NCBI GenBank assembly: GCA_937951675.1
Contig: CALFBI010000017.1
Coordinates: 1-64,000, forward strand
Direction: 5' to 3'
Length of the DNA stretch: 64,000 bases
DNA from: an uncultured Verrucomicrobiales bacterium
Lineage (GTDB): Bacteria > Verrucomicrobiota > Verrucomicrobiia > Verrucomicrobiales > Akkermansiaceae
The translations under genes were made by a program, and so were the position numbers. The stretch's first letter is position 1, and every line of letters starts with the position of its first letter. A model generated the notes under the pieces. The model saw only the letters and a list, made by a program, of their open reading frames with translations, was not told the DNA's origin and searched no databases. Positions 9,188-19,084 of the stretch are shown piece by piece.

Positions 9188-9562
9188 TTACACTGAAGGG
9201 CGATCGAACCCGGTGGTTCGGATCACTTCATTGCGCTCATTCAAAACAATTTTCTTCGCCAAAATAGGTTGTTCGGAAAGTCCAAACGCCATAATGGTCA
9301 CTCGCTCCCCCTTCTTGATCCGGTGGGCAGCTCCTCCGTTAATAATGATTTGCTTGGATCCGCTTTGCCCAGGCTGAGCATAAGTTTCGAGCCGATTCCC
9401 AGAAGTCACCGAAGCCACTAAAACTTTCTCGCCCTCTTGTAAACCCGCCGCCTCCATCAGATCGATCGGAATCTCAATACTGCCTTCATACTGAACATCA
9501 GCCATGGTGACCATGGCCCGATGAATTTTTGACTTAAGTAGCTGCCGTAACATTGAACTCAT
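9188..9562 (-). CDS. panD: Aspartate 1-decarboxylase
   Basis: LKSKIHRAMVTMADVQYEGSIEIP… matches the PanD N-terminus including the self-processing Gly-Ser (…YEGSI…) site, with the pyruvoyl-dependent decarboxylase fold at the expected ~120-aa length. Confidence 0.9.
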   Translation of the reverse strand: MSSMLRQLLKSKIHRAMVTMADVQYEGSIEIPIDLMEAAGLQEGEKVLVASVTSGNRLETYAQPGQSGSKQIIINGGAAHRIKKGERVTIMAFGLSEQPILAKKIVLNERNEVIRTTGFDRPSV

Positions 9563-9585
9563 GCAAAGATGAATTCACATCCCCG

Positions 9586-11367
9586 TCAAGAAGGGAAAAT
9601 AAGACGTGGCCCAGAATCGGAGTCTTCGTCAGAAGAAGAGCCCTCAAGGGGCTCTGTCTGCGGAGGGATCATTTTTAAAGGCTTTGTTTTATGAAGTTGC
9701 GCATCTGCGGTGGCTAAAAACGGGTTTACAGGCGATTTAATCGTCCCAAATTGAACAGCCAGCATGCAAACATCATCATCAAAATGATCTGTGTGCGCAA
9801 AATTCAGCACGGCCTGCATGGCATCGTCCAACATCAAGTCAAGTGTTGCACCGGAATGATTCCTGACGACTTGAGCCAGCCTTTCTGTTTCGAAAGCTTC
9901 TCCATTCTCATCTTCACACTCAATGATGCCATCCGTGTAAAGAAGGATGCATTCAAGATCACTTAAGCCCAGTTCTGTATTCCCATAAGGAGCCCCAGGA
10001 AATAGGCCGATCGCGGGTCCCATGGATTGGGGGTCAAGCTTGAGCAACTCCGTCCGGTCCGAGTATCTCGCTACTGGAAGGGGATGGCCTGCGCTTGAAA
10101 TCACCATCGACTGCGCTTCGACATCGACGACCATATAGGACACCGTCGCAAACATTGTCGTCCCTGCGCGCTGTAAAATGGATGCTAAACTGTCATTAAG
10201 AGACGATAAAAAAGTAGCGGGATCAGCGGCATGTTGCTTCTCCTTCTCCAAAAGCCCTCGAATCATCGACACGACGAGAGCTGAACGCACCCCGTGTCCC
10301 ATCACGTCTGCAACGAGCATTCCTATTTTTGTTTCTGAAATAGGAATGAGCTCAAAGAAATCACCTGCCATACCGGTGCTCGGCCGATAACGATGGCTAA
10401 ACGAAAGACTCTGATCTCGATCTTCTGTATTCACCGGAAAACTTGGCAATGCCGAAGGTAAGAGAGCCTGTTGAATTTCTTTCGCTAATTGGAGCTCCTC
10501 TTCAATCATTTCGTTCCGACGCCTGAGTTCTTGCTGCGTCTTCACTAACTCCGTCACATTACTTGAAATCCCGAAAGTCCCGACCACCTTCCCTTGGTGG
10601 TTGCGCCAAGGCATTTTGGTTGTTTGAGCCCAGGTATCGGCACGCCCTTCCCAAGTCTCTTTCTCCAGGCGATCAACCATCGCTTCTCCTGTCCTAATGA
10701 TTTCTAGCTCGTCCTTAAAGGCCTGTTTGGCGTGAACCCCACCAAAAAAATCAGCATCCGTCTTCCCGAGGACGTCATCGAGACTTGGAGCTCCGAGCCA
10801 ATTAACAAGCCTCTCATTCACTAAGAAAAATCGTGACTCCCGGTCCTTAAAAAAAACACTGAGCGGAACATGGTCGATCACCATTCTTAATAAATTTCGC
10901 TCTGTTTCTAATGATTCTTCCGCGCTTTTTCGCTTCGAAATATCGATCATCGAACCCACCAGCCGAACCGCTTCATTAAAATGATTACGGACCACTGTCG
11001 CGCGGATACGAAGCCAAACCCAACTCCCATCTTGATGCCTCAGCCGGCTTTCAACTGCGAAAATATCTCCCTTTGTAATCGCTAATTCATAGGCTCTTAG
11101 GAAATTTGATAAATCGGAGCGGTGAATGTAAGTCTCTACATCCGCAAAAAAGTTAGGAGCTTGAGCTGGATCCCAGTCCAAGAAGGCTAAAATCTTGGGA
11201 GAATAAAAAATTTCTTCTGCTCCAATTTGCCAATCCCATATCCCTTCGTTTGAAGCTTGGAGAGCAAGCTCGAGACGATCCACAGAGGGTTCCATAACTG
11301 GTATTTGAACGGATTTCAGTGAAAAATTCAACCTGATTTCGCCAAACATTGCTTTTTTTAAGCTCAC
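9586..11367 (-). CDS. PAS-domain-containing PP2C/SpoIIE-family serine phosphatase (RsbU-like)
   Basis: Two PAS-like segments (…WDWQIGAEEIFYSPK…, …VIDHVPLSVFFKDRESRFFLVNERL…) followed by a PPM phosphatase domain (MAGDFFELIPI…LVADVMGHGVRSALV…LLYTDGIIE). Confidence 0.75.
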   Translation of the reverse strand: MSLKKAMFGEIRLNFSLKSVQIPVMEPSVDRLELALQASNEGIWDWQIGAEEIFYSPKILAFLDWDPAQAPNFFADVETYIHRSDLSNFLRAYELAITKGDIFAVESRLRHQDGSWVWLRIRATVVRNHFNEAVRLVGSMIDISKRKSAEESLETERNLLRMVIDHVPLSVFFKDRESRFFLVNERLVNWLGAPSLDDVLGKTDADFFGGVHAKQAFKDELEIIRTGEAMVDRLEKETWEGRADTWAQTTKMPWRNHQGKVVGTFGISSNVTELVKTQQELRRRNEMIEEELQLAKEIQQALLPSALPSFPVNTEDRDQSLSFSHRYRPSTGMAGDFFELIPISETKIGMLVADVMGHGVRSALVVSMIRGLLEKEKQHAADPATFLSSLNDSLASILQRAGTTMFATVSYMVVDVEAQSMVISSAGHPLPVARYSDRTELLKLDPQSMGPAIGLFPGAPYGNTELGLSDLECILLYTDGIIECEDENGEAFETERLAQVVRNHSGATLDLMLDDAMQAVLNFAHTDHFDDDVCMLAVQFGTIKSPVNPFLATADAQLHKTKPLKMIPPQTEPLEGSSSDEDSDSGPRLIFPS

Positions 11368-11586
11368 CCATTCAAAAAAGAGTTGCAGGGCTTAGCTCTC
11401 TACCTCATTTAAAAGTCATGCAGATGAACAGAGAACGTGTGATTGCTGGAATTTACGTCTTTTTAGTCGGACTTATTATTGCTTTTATTTTATCTGTAAA
11501 AGCCGTCATCAATCAGGTTGGCCTCTCTTTTTGAGACCTTTTCCTGTTATCATCTGCAGCTAGCTTCTGCCTCGTTTTTTCTCACA

Positions 11587-11619
11587 GGCCTCTTTCCATT
11601 AAGAAAGGAGGCTTTTTTT
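11587..11619 (+). terminator. Hairpin plus U-tract (plus-strand intrinsic terminator-like element) in the intergenic region between the phosphatase gene and the giant ATPase gene
   Basis: GGCCTCTTTCC-atta-AGAAAGGAGGC, ~10-bp stem including one G·U pair, followed by TTTTTTT. Not oriented to terminate either flanking minus-strand gene. Could terminate a short plus-strand transcript (small ORF 11349..11534) or act as an RNA element. Confidence 0.4.
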
Positions 11620-11864
11620 GGGCCTTCATACTTCTTGCCGTGATTCAGCAAGAATTAAAAAACGATGATTGATAAAAAAGAATTTTTTCTCATTTCACTG
11701 TGACTTTCTCAGAGCATTTCTTCTCTATTCATTTGAATATCATTTCACCCCTTTCCCCCCGGAAAAACACTCTGGAATGTTTGTGCGTTCATTTCCAGAG
11801 TGTCATCAAGCTACCGCTTGGGCCCCCGCCCGAGCGGTAGCCTCCACAAACAGAGAGCTCTTTT

Positions 11865-14800
11865 TCAACCTTCTTTTTCTTTCTCCTCTTGAACGGGAGC
11901 CATCCGCACTTCTACCGGCACGGACCAAAGTCGCTCCACCGCTTCTCGAAAATGTTTCACCGTTTCATCAGCAAGTGCTTGCGGCTGACTCGACTTTTTC
12001 GCTACTTCCGCAATTTGTGAACTCATTGAGGAAAGCCCCCCATTAAGCTCACTTAACTGAGCCACGACACGGGCCACAGGATCATTCTCTCCAGAACCTC
12101 CTAGTAGCTTCTGTTTTACAAATTCTTTCTTAATCTCTTCCCACCGAGCTTCTTCTTCTGGAGAGCAAATACCCTCCATTTCTCGGAACTTAAGAAGATT
12201 CGCTTCGGCGCCTGTTGTGAGGGTCTGAGATTCACTCTCGTAATGATCAATCACCAATTCTTTGACCTCTTCCGGAGTCATGAGAGGAACCACTTTTGCC
12301 GCAATCCGATTCATATTCCGGTAGGAACCTTGGAGTTTAAAAGCAGGCTCGGTGCGGTAAGCATCCTCTTGGGCCGCACTGCGAATGTATTCTAAATTCA
12401 CCCGAAGAATCCGATCTCGCACAATGGAAAGGTGCTTCATCACCGTGACCATTTCCTCAATCTCAGCGGGAGAGTAATTGCCTTCGAAATCGACCCCTTC
12501 ACTGCTTCCTTCGCGGGCGATTTGCATGATCGCGTAAACATCCTTTTGACTTCGTGATGCGAGCTTAGAAAGAACCTCATTCGAAGTCAGGCAGTTTTCA
12601 ATATAACTCGCCTCAAAAACAGAGGCGTGCCCTCCCAGGATATCACCCAGGTTATAAGTGTCGGCTCGGTTCGCTAACATATCGGGGATTTGGAACTTAC
12701 CTCCAGTCTCGGTATAGGGATTCCCTGCCATCACGATCCCTACTTTACGACCACGAAGGTCATAAGTTTTCGCCTTCCCATTAAAGACCCCTTCTACTTT
12801 TCGCTGCCCATCACAGAGGCTAATAAATTTCTGTAAGAGTTCCGGGTTCGTATGCTGAATATCATCGAGGTAAATCAAAACATTATCTCCCATCTCAAAA
12901 GCCAAATTAAGCTTTTTCACTTCCTCCCGGGCAGAAAGATTGGGCGCTTCATCAGGATCTAAAGAAACCACCTCATGTCCTAATGCTGGACCATTAATCT
13001 TCACAAAGGTTACCCCTAAACGAGAAGCCACGTATTCCATCAACGTCGTCTTCCCATAACCAGGAGGAGAAACTAGAAGAAGAAGCCCCATCCGATCGGT
13101 GCGAGTATCTGCACCAGCGGCTCCGAGTTGCTTCGCAAAGTTTTCACCAATCAAAGGAAGGTAGACCTCATTAATTAATTGGTTTCGAACAAAGGAACTC
13201 ATCACGCGAGGTTTGAATTCATCCAGTTTAAGAGCCTCCTTTTTTTCTTCGATCAGCTCATGCTTAAGCTCGTGTAACTCCTCATAAGCAGGCACCGCTA
13301 TTGCCTTGAACGAACGCATTTTTTCTCTAAATGCGTAGTAATTTGAAGAAAGACCTCCATCCCGAACCTGGCGATGAGAACCCATTAAGCCATTCACCAC
13401 AAAATCTGTCTCCAAGGCTGATACATTTCGCGCCGCAACCTCTCCAGTAACAAGCTGCACCGCAACTTCCCAGAGCCAGTCATTCATTGGAAGATGCTTG
13501 CTTAGGATTCCTGACGCCTGCACAAAAGAACGCAACCAATCTAACGAGACTCTTAATTGCATCGCTGGGTTTCCTTCGAAAACACTTAATCTTTCTTCAA
13601 ATTCTTTATTCGCTCTTTTTGCAGTGAGTTCATGGGAAAAACCAGCAAGGATTTGGCCAGCCTTGGCACTCATCACAAGAGTAGCTCCCTCACTCAATAC
13701 CTCATAAAGATATTCCGCAGCTTCTGCTGTCACGCCATCATCTGAACCCGACCACACACTACTGAGCTCAACAAAGGCTTTCTCTACGCCTTCTTTCAGC
13801 AAGGCAAGCAGATCTAAGTTCCTCGCGTCACTTCCAAATTTTTTACGAGAAGAACTATGGGCTTTCATATAGTCTACCATCACCTTCCCCGATTCCTCTT
13901 TCTGCATCCGACTCCAGAAGTAAACTCCTAAAGCACGAGCCAATGGCGAATAACGCCCCGCTCCGAGTTCTTGATGCAGAGGCTTCAAAACCATCAAAAT
14001 ACGATAAGCATCCTGATCATGAACTCCTTTTGTGTAAGACTCCTGATACCGTGGCTGCATGTATTCCTGCACCGACTCCAGAGTGACGGGACCACCCTCT
14101 AGATCGTCCTGCAAATATTGATAAGCAAGCCACTCTGCCCGATAAACTTGCGCGTTTTCGCTTACTATCTCCTGCCCCCAAGCTGAATGACTTGAAGACA
14201 CTTTTTCGTGATTAATATCTTCGTAGTAATGAGTTCCCGAAAGGTGGTAATACAAACCTTCTTCTTTCGGGACAATCGAAAGCTCTAAATCTTGCGTATT
14301 CACCGAAAAGGCATGCTTCCCGAATTGAATGATATTCTCTCCCTCCACGAAAAGCTCCTTGCGATCTTTAAGCTGCCGAACAGAGTCTTCTCTAATCGTT
14401 TTTAACTGAGCCTGTAATCCGTCCGCAGAGACTGATTCATTGAGGCCCTGAAGTTCTGCGATCACCTCGCGGACTTTTTCGACCATTAAATCACTCGCGA
14501 AATACCCATTGATTTCGTTAATCTCTGCGAACTGACCCGCTCGATTCCGAACCCCATTGAGAACTCGTTCTGCCGACTTCAAAAGCTGTCGCGCACGTTT
14601 CGTCTTTTGATCTAAAAGCGCCTGCTTTTTCCCTTCGAAAGCATCATGAACCTCTTCTCGTTTTTGGTGAATCTCATCGAGATAATCCTCGAATTCCGAA
14701 AAGCGCCCTTCTAGCTCCTCGACTTGAACCATGAGCTTTGTTTGATAACTCTCGCAGCGTTCTACCGTATCGGACAGATCCAAAAAGTTAACGACAGACT

Positions 14801-16877
14801 GGCTCAAAAGTTTCATCTGCGCTCCAAACTGGGCAGCCCCCTCTTCTTTCGCTAAATCATACCGAGCTTTTTTTAACTCTGCTCGCACCGTATTAAGAGT
14901 GGAATAGAGATTCGAAGCATCTTCGATAATCTTAGTCGTCTGCGTAGCATCTTCGATTTTAAGATTAGAAATCACCTCTATCAGCATTTCTAACTGCTCC
15001 CCATTTTCTGATAACTGCTCTGCAATATCATCTGCTTGGGTGACTTTCTCTATTTTAGAAATCGCCGTCTTTTGTTTGGTGATTTCATCCGCATAGGGTG
15101 TCAGAGCTTCTGGCTTCAAAAGAAAATCAACCGTTTGTTGAGACGTTTTCTCGGTTGCTTCTTGCAGCTGGGATTCCCATTCTTGAACCTTGGCCGCGTC
15201 GACATAACGCAGTTCTTTAAGGCCGATCACTTCTCCGCGACTTCCCCTCAAATCACTAAGGTGACTCACAAACCCAAAAATACCATCTGGAGGAGATCCT
15301 TTAACTTTTCTTAAAATATCACGGCACAATTCCCCAACTCGATTCAACTCTTCCGAGTGAGCCTGACGAAGTGATTGCACTTTTTCAAATTCATCAATCG
15401 CGGATTGAGAGGTTTTACGAATGCTCTCAAGTGGAGTTTTCAGCTCGAAACATTCTTCTTTTGAAAGCCAGAAATAGGAATCTATGACTTCTCCAGATTT
15501 TTGGGTAAGATCATAATAGAGACCTTCATAATTATCCTCTTTCTGAAGTAAGGTGAGAACCTCTCGGCATTCGGCCATTCCACGAACGAGATCTGTATTG
15601 CCTACTTTATAGAGAAATCCGTCCTGAGATTTACCGGCCGACAACATCGCGTCGTCGTCCAAAAACGAAGTTTGCCAGACCTGAATGGCATGGTGTTTTT
15701 GAGGCTGCTCTTCGGTTCGGAAGTAAAGCATTTCTCCTGACCCAAACACCGAATATCCATGACATAAGACCGGCGCTTCGACTTTCCGTGTGATCAAATT
15801 ATAAGAAAGAAGAACATAAACCCCGGACTTACGGTTATAAAAAACATACAGAAAATCTTCGCCATTTGCACTCGGGAGACGTTTCTCAAAATACATCTCG
15901 ATCAGCTCATTTTCGAAAACCTTGACTTCTCCTGTCGTCAAATAATACCCGTTCGCGAAAATCAAACCTTGGTCATCGGGCAGAAGCACACAGGACTCCC
16001 CAATGGCATCTAGACGATGCACCGTTTTTGTTTTTTCGTTATACGCGAGGTAACGATAAAGCTCTTCCCGATACGGAAGAATTTTCAAAAGAATGATAGG
16101 ACCTATTACAGCATAAAACACCTCGGCATCATCTAAACTCTGATCAAAATCTGTAACCGCCTCGGCATAAATCCCTTTTCCTGTAGAAGTGTTATCTTCA
16201 ATCTTAATGGTAAGATCTCCTTTGATCGTCTCAACAAACAAGCGGTCTTCAACCGAAATATGGGGATGCTCTCCTGAGCGATGCATATCTCGATGCGCGC
16301 GAACCCATTCGAATTCTTGCTGATCCGGGTATTGATATTCGTGATCAAACCGATTCCCTAAATATTCAAGAGGCCCTTCTCCGATAAGCCACTTAAAGGT
16401 CTTAATATCATTCAGGGAATGACCCACTCGCATCACCATATAAAGATGAGCACCTCGAGTCATAAATTTTATAAAACTCGCGTTTTTATAGTAGCGGAAA
16501 ACGTATTCAAAATCTTCTTTGAATGCGGGAGCACCTAGAAAATCTTCGAGCTCCAAACGATGGAAGACATGCTCTTCCTTCTCGTAATGATAAACCGAAA
16601 AAATATCTTCAATATTTGTCGTCTTTTTTAAGCCGAATTGAATATTATACCCGAAAAGAAAATGATCTTCCCCAACCGGAATCATATCACGAGGGATACA
16701 ATGATGATCTGTCGTGATCCTTTCTGTTGAGACGAGCTCGGTTTCAACCGCCCCAAAGACCTCTTTGCGTGACGTATTGAGCGACTCTAATCGAGCACGC
16801 AGGTCTTCTCCAGATTTTAGAAGTCGGGTTCGGATGACTTCATAAGCGCCACCTTCGAGTTGTTGTTTTTCAGACAT
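11865..16877 (-). CDS. Giant (1670 aa) cytoplasmic protein. It has an unknown N-terminal domain (~480 aa), a long coiled-coil region (~400 aa) and a C-terminal MoxR/AAA_5-class ATPase domain. It possibly belongs to the poorly characterised 'DUF3686 / DNA-repair-ATPase-like' giant ATPase family
   Basis: Walker A LLLVSPPGYGKTTLMEYV (coded near 13030–13090); Walker-B-like VLIYLDDIQH; MoxR-like sensor segment VGIVMAGNPYTETGGKFQIPDMLANRADTYNL (compare MoxR ...ATQNP.E.EGTYPLPEAQLDRF). A central ~400-aa E/K/Q/L-rich heptad-like region (…EELNRVGELCRDILRKV… through …KQALLDQKTKRARQLLKSAE…) suggests coiled coil. No TM segments. Last gene of a co-oriented flotillin operon. Confidence 0.65.
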   Translation of the reverse strand: MSEKQQLEGGAYEVIRTRLLKSGEDLRARLESLNTSRKEVFGAVETELVSTERITTDHHCIPRDMIPVGEDHFLFGYNIQFGLKKTTNIEDIFSVYHYEKEEHVFHRLELEDFLGAPAFKEDFEYVFRYYKNASFIKFMTRGAHLYMVMRVGHSLNDIKTFKWLIGEGPLEYLGNRFDHEYQYPDQQEFEWVRAHRDMHRSGEHPHISVEDRLFVETIKGDLTIKIEDNTSTGKGIYAEAVTDFDQSLDDAEVFYAVIGPIILLKILPYREELYRYLAYNEKTKTVHRLDAIGESCVLLPDDQGLIFANGYYLTTGEVKVFENELIEMYFEKRLPSANGEDFLYVFYNRKSGVYVLLSYNLITRKVEAPVLCHGYSVFGSGEMLYFRTEEQPQKHHAIQVWQTSFLDDDAMLSAGKSQDGFLYKVGNTDLVRGMAECREVLTLLQKEDNYEGLYYDLTQKSGEVIDSYFWLSKEECFELKTPLESIRKTSQSAIDEFEKVQSLRQAHSEELNRVGELCRDILRKVKGSPPDGIFGFVSHLSDLRGSRGEVIGLKELRYVDAAKVQEWESQLQEATEKTSQQTVDFLLKPEALTPYADEITKQKTAISKIEKVTQADDIAEQLSENGEQLEMLIEVISNLKIEDATQTTKIIEDASNLYSTLNTVRAELKKARYDLAKEEGAAQFGAQMKLLSQSVVNFLDLSDTVERCESYQTKLMVQVEELEGRFSEFEDYLDEIHQKREEVHDAFEGKKQALLDQKTKRARQLLKSAERVLNGVRNRAGQFAEINEINGYFASDLMVEKVREVIAELQGLNESVSADGLQAQLKTIREDSVRQLKDRKELFVEGENIIQFGKHAFSVNTQDLELSIVPKEEGLYYHLSGTHYYEDINHEKVSSSHSAWGQEIVSENAQVYRAEWLAYQYLQDDLEGGPVTLESVQEYMQPRYQESYTKGVHDQDAYRILMVLKPLHQELGAGRYSPLARALGVYFWSRMQKEESGKVMVDYMKAHSSSRKKFGSDARNLDLLALLKEGVEKAFVELSSVWSGSDDGVTAEAAEYLYEVLSEGATLVMSAKAGQILAGFSHELTAKRANKEFEERLSVFEGNPAMQLRVSLDWLRSFVQASGILSKHLPMNDWLWEVAVQLVTGEVAARNVSALETDFVVNGLMGSHRQVRDGGLSSNYYAFREKMRSFKAIAVPAYEELHELKHELIEEKKEALKLDEFKPRVMSSFVRNQLINEVYLPLIGENFAKQLGAAGADTRTDRMGLLLLVSPPGYGKTTLMEYVASRLGVTFVKINGPALGHEVVSLDPDEAPNLSAREEVKKLNLAFEMGDNVLIYLDDIQHTNPELLQKFISLCDGQRKVEGVFNGKAKTYDLRGRKVGIVMAGNPYTETGGKFQIPDMLANRADTYNLGDILGGHASVFEASYIENCLTSNEVLSKLASRSQKDVYAIMQIAREGSSEGVDFEGNYSPAEIEEMVTVMKHLSIVRDRILRVNLEYIRSAAQEDAYRTEPAFKLQGSYRNMNRIAAKVVPLMTPEEVKELVIDHYESESQTLTTGAEANLLKFREMEGICSPEEEARWEEIKKEFVKQKLLGGSGENDPVARVVAQLSELNGGLSSMSSQIAEVAKKSSQPQALADETVKHFREAVERLWSVPVEVRMAPVQEEKEKEG

Positions 16878-16963
16878 CAGAATATCACGTATAATCTGCC
16901 CCTCGCTCCTCTTGATGAGAAACGGGATAAAGGCTTTTTTATATTTCCTTACTTGGGAAATAG

Positions 16964-16988
16964 AGGGGTGGCTATTTCAGCCACCCCT
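16964..16988 (-). other. Stable GC-rich hairpin between flotillin and giant-ATPase genes (no U-tract)
   Basis: AGGGGTGGCT-atttc-AGCCACCCCT perfect 10-bp stem, 43 nt downstream of the flotillin stop and 87 nt upstream of the ATPase start. Not followed by a T-run on either strand. Candidate RNA processing/stability or attenuator element within the operon. Confidence 0.4.
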
Positions 16989-17030
16989 TATGGAATCAAA
17001 CCCAATAAAGAATGAATCCAAGATTCTTTC

Positions 17031-19064
17031 TTAGTTTTTCAAAGAGCTCATCACATCGATCGCGCTTTGGCCATCAATCCCGAATCGCTCTGCGGCACCA
17101 AGAACCCCAATCATCTTCTGACGAGTTTCTCCTTTGGCTTCCCCGATGAGCTTACCGAGAAGAGCGCTTACCGAGAGGTTTTTGAGGTCTTCAGGCGCCA
17201 CTCCGAAATCATCTAACCAGGTAGAAAGCTGACCTTTGAAATATTCTGGATCACCATTAAAGAATGTTTCTTTCACATCAGTAAGAACATGACTGTTACT
17301 TACCATTCGGTCTACGGACTTCCCTTGTGTCACTGATTTCGTAATCCGGTCGAAGAATTCAGCCTCTCCACCTACGATATCAATATTAGAATGTTTAAGT
17401 GCTTCGCCGACTACTTTTGCCTGTTCGGCAGCAACCTGGCGCTGAACATCAATTTCAGCAAGTTCGACCACTTTCTCTTTTTCAAGTTCGAGCTTAAACT
17501 CTTCGTGCTCTTGTCCTGCTTCCTCAAAGAGCTTCATCGCTGCAGCCTTCTGCTTGATCGCATCCGCATCAGCGACTCCGGTTGCTCGAATAACCTCCGC
17601 TTCGCCAAGGCCTACTGCCGCAGACTCTTTCACAACCGCTTCGGCTAATACGATCTTAGCCTCGGCTTCCTTCTCTGATGCAGACTGCTCCGCCTCGGCA
17701 GAGATGATTCTTTCCTCTGCTTTCATCGTAGCGGCCTGACGTGAAGCTTCTGCCTCTTTCACAACAGTGAAGGCGTCCTCTTCCGCTTTAAGGGCCGCGG
17801 CATCTTTACGAGCGGCGGCTTCTTTGACTTCCTTGATGAGAACCTCTTCCGCATCTGACTCAGCCGCCGTAATCGCGACTTTTTTGAGACGATCAGCCTC
17901 TGCAAAAGCTTCGGTGTCTTTGATCATCTCTTGTTCTTTCACAACTGTTTTCTCCACCGAGAGGCGCTCTCTAATCACATCTTGGATTTCCTTCTTCTCG
18001 ATCTCGACTGATTTTTCTTTTTCGATCGACTTGAGGGCCGTGACACGTTCGCGCTCGATCGCCTCGAGAGAGCGATCACGCTCTACTCTTTCAATTTCAA
18101 CGGCATCGGTGCGTTCTTTATTTCTCTGTGCGATGAGAACTTGTCGGTCTTTATTTTCTTCTGCAATCTGAAGCTCTTCTTCTGTCGAAATACGAGCATG
18201 CTCAGATTTATAACGCTCTTCCTCTCTCACCTTATCGGCTTCGGCTTTTTCTCGCAGTTGCACGACTTGCACTTCACGGCCTTGTTTGGCTTCGGTCTCC
18301 GCGAGCTGTCGTTCGAGTTCTAAAATGGCTTCTCGTGCTTCAACATCTTGTTGTTTGATGACTTGCTCGCGGTCGCGCTCAATTTTATTAGTGAGCTTTT
18401 TCTGCTCAGAAGTTCGGTTCGTGATTTTTTTAATCCCTTCCGCATCCAAGATATTATCCGGATCAAGAAACTCAATCGGAGTCTGCTCTAAGTAATCAAT
18501 CGCAGCATCTTCTAATACAAATCCATTAAGATCTGTTCCGATCACATTAATAATCTCATCGCGGAATTTATCACGGTCTTCATAAAGCTGAGTGAAGTCA
18601 AAGCGCTTCCCTACCGTTTTAAGAGCCTCGGAGAACTTTGCGTCAAAAAGGATTCTGATTTCAGACTCGCTCGAGGCTCTTTCACACCCGATCGCCTGTG
18701 CCACACGAAGCACGTCTTCATCTGTCGCGCTCACTTTCACGAAAAAGGCGACCTTGATGTCAGCCCGCATATTATCTTGGCAAATCAGCCCATTCTTCCC
18801 TGTTCGGTCGAGTTCGATCCGCTTGAGTGAAATATCGATCCCTTCTAATCTATGAAGAATAGGGAAATAAACCATCTTATCGAAGGCTACTTTCGTTCCT
18901 CCTTGGCCTGTTCGGATGAGAGCGTTCCCTTTTGATACTTTCTTCAGGAATGTTGCGTAGACAAATCCGACGAGGACGACGATGGCGATCAGGATTCCGA
19001 GTCCAAAGGCGATCACGACGCCGATTTTTTCAACTCCTGCTATTATTGGTATTAGGTTGTTCAT
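17031..19064 (-). CDS. Flotillin-family SPFH/Band-7 protein (YqiK/FloT-like) with long C-terminal coiled coil
   Basis: N-terminal TM hairpin then SPFH core (…LIRTGQGGTKVAFDKMVYFPILHRLEGIDISLKRIELDR…RADIKVAFFVKV…), followed by ~350 aa of E/A/K/R-rich repeats typical of the flotillin helical region. 20 nt downstream of the YqiJ-like gene stop. Confidence 0.85.
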   Translation of the reverse strand: MNNLIPIIAGVEKIGVVIAFGLGILIAIVVLVGFVYATFLKKVSKGNALIRTGQGGTKVAFDKMVYFPILHRLEGIDISLKRIELDRTGKNGLICQDNMRADIKVAFFVKVSATDEDVLRVAQAIGCERASSESEIRILFDAKFSEALKTVGKRFDFTQLYEDRDKFRDEIINVIGTDLNGFVLEDAAIDYLEQTPIEFLDPDNILDAEGIKKITNRTSEQKKLTNKIERDREQVIKQQDVEAREAILELERQLAETEAKQGREVQVVQLREKAEADKVREEERYKSEHARISTEEELQIAEENKDRQVLIAQRNKERTDAVEIERVERDRSLEAIERERVTALKSIEKEKSVEIEKKEIQDVIRERLSVEKTVVKEQEMIKDTEAFAEADRLKKVAITAAESDAEEVLIKEVKEAAARKDAAALKAEEDAFTVVKEAEASRQAATMKAEERIISAEAEQSASEKEAEAKIVLAEAVVKESAAVGLGEAEVIRATGVADADAIKQKAAAMKLFEEAGQEHEEFKLELEKEKVVELAEIDVQRQVAAEQAKVVGEALKHSNIDIVGGEAEFFDRITKSVTQGKSVDRMVSNSHVLTDVKETFFNGDPEYFKGQLSTWLDDFGVAPEDLKNLSVSALLGKLIGEAKGETRQKMIGVLGAAERFGIDGQSAIDVMSSLKN

Positions 19065-19084
19065 TGTGCTTCTTGTTGTTGTTT

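Noticed and set aside
11669-12046. 125-aa plus-strand ORF overlapping the 3' end of the giant ATPase gene
   Set aside because: Overlaps the conserved C-terminal region of the 1670-aa ORF on the opposite strand and has no motifs. Likely spurious.
17391-18495. Several plus-strand ORFs (85–134 aa, Ser/Ala/Arg-rich) inside the flotillin gene
   Set aside because: They are antisense to the E/A/K-rich coiled-coil coding repeats of flotillin. Their low-complexity composition is the expected mirror of that repeat, and they have no start context or homology.
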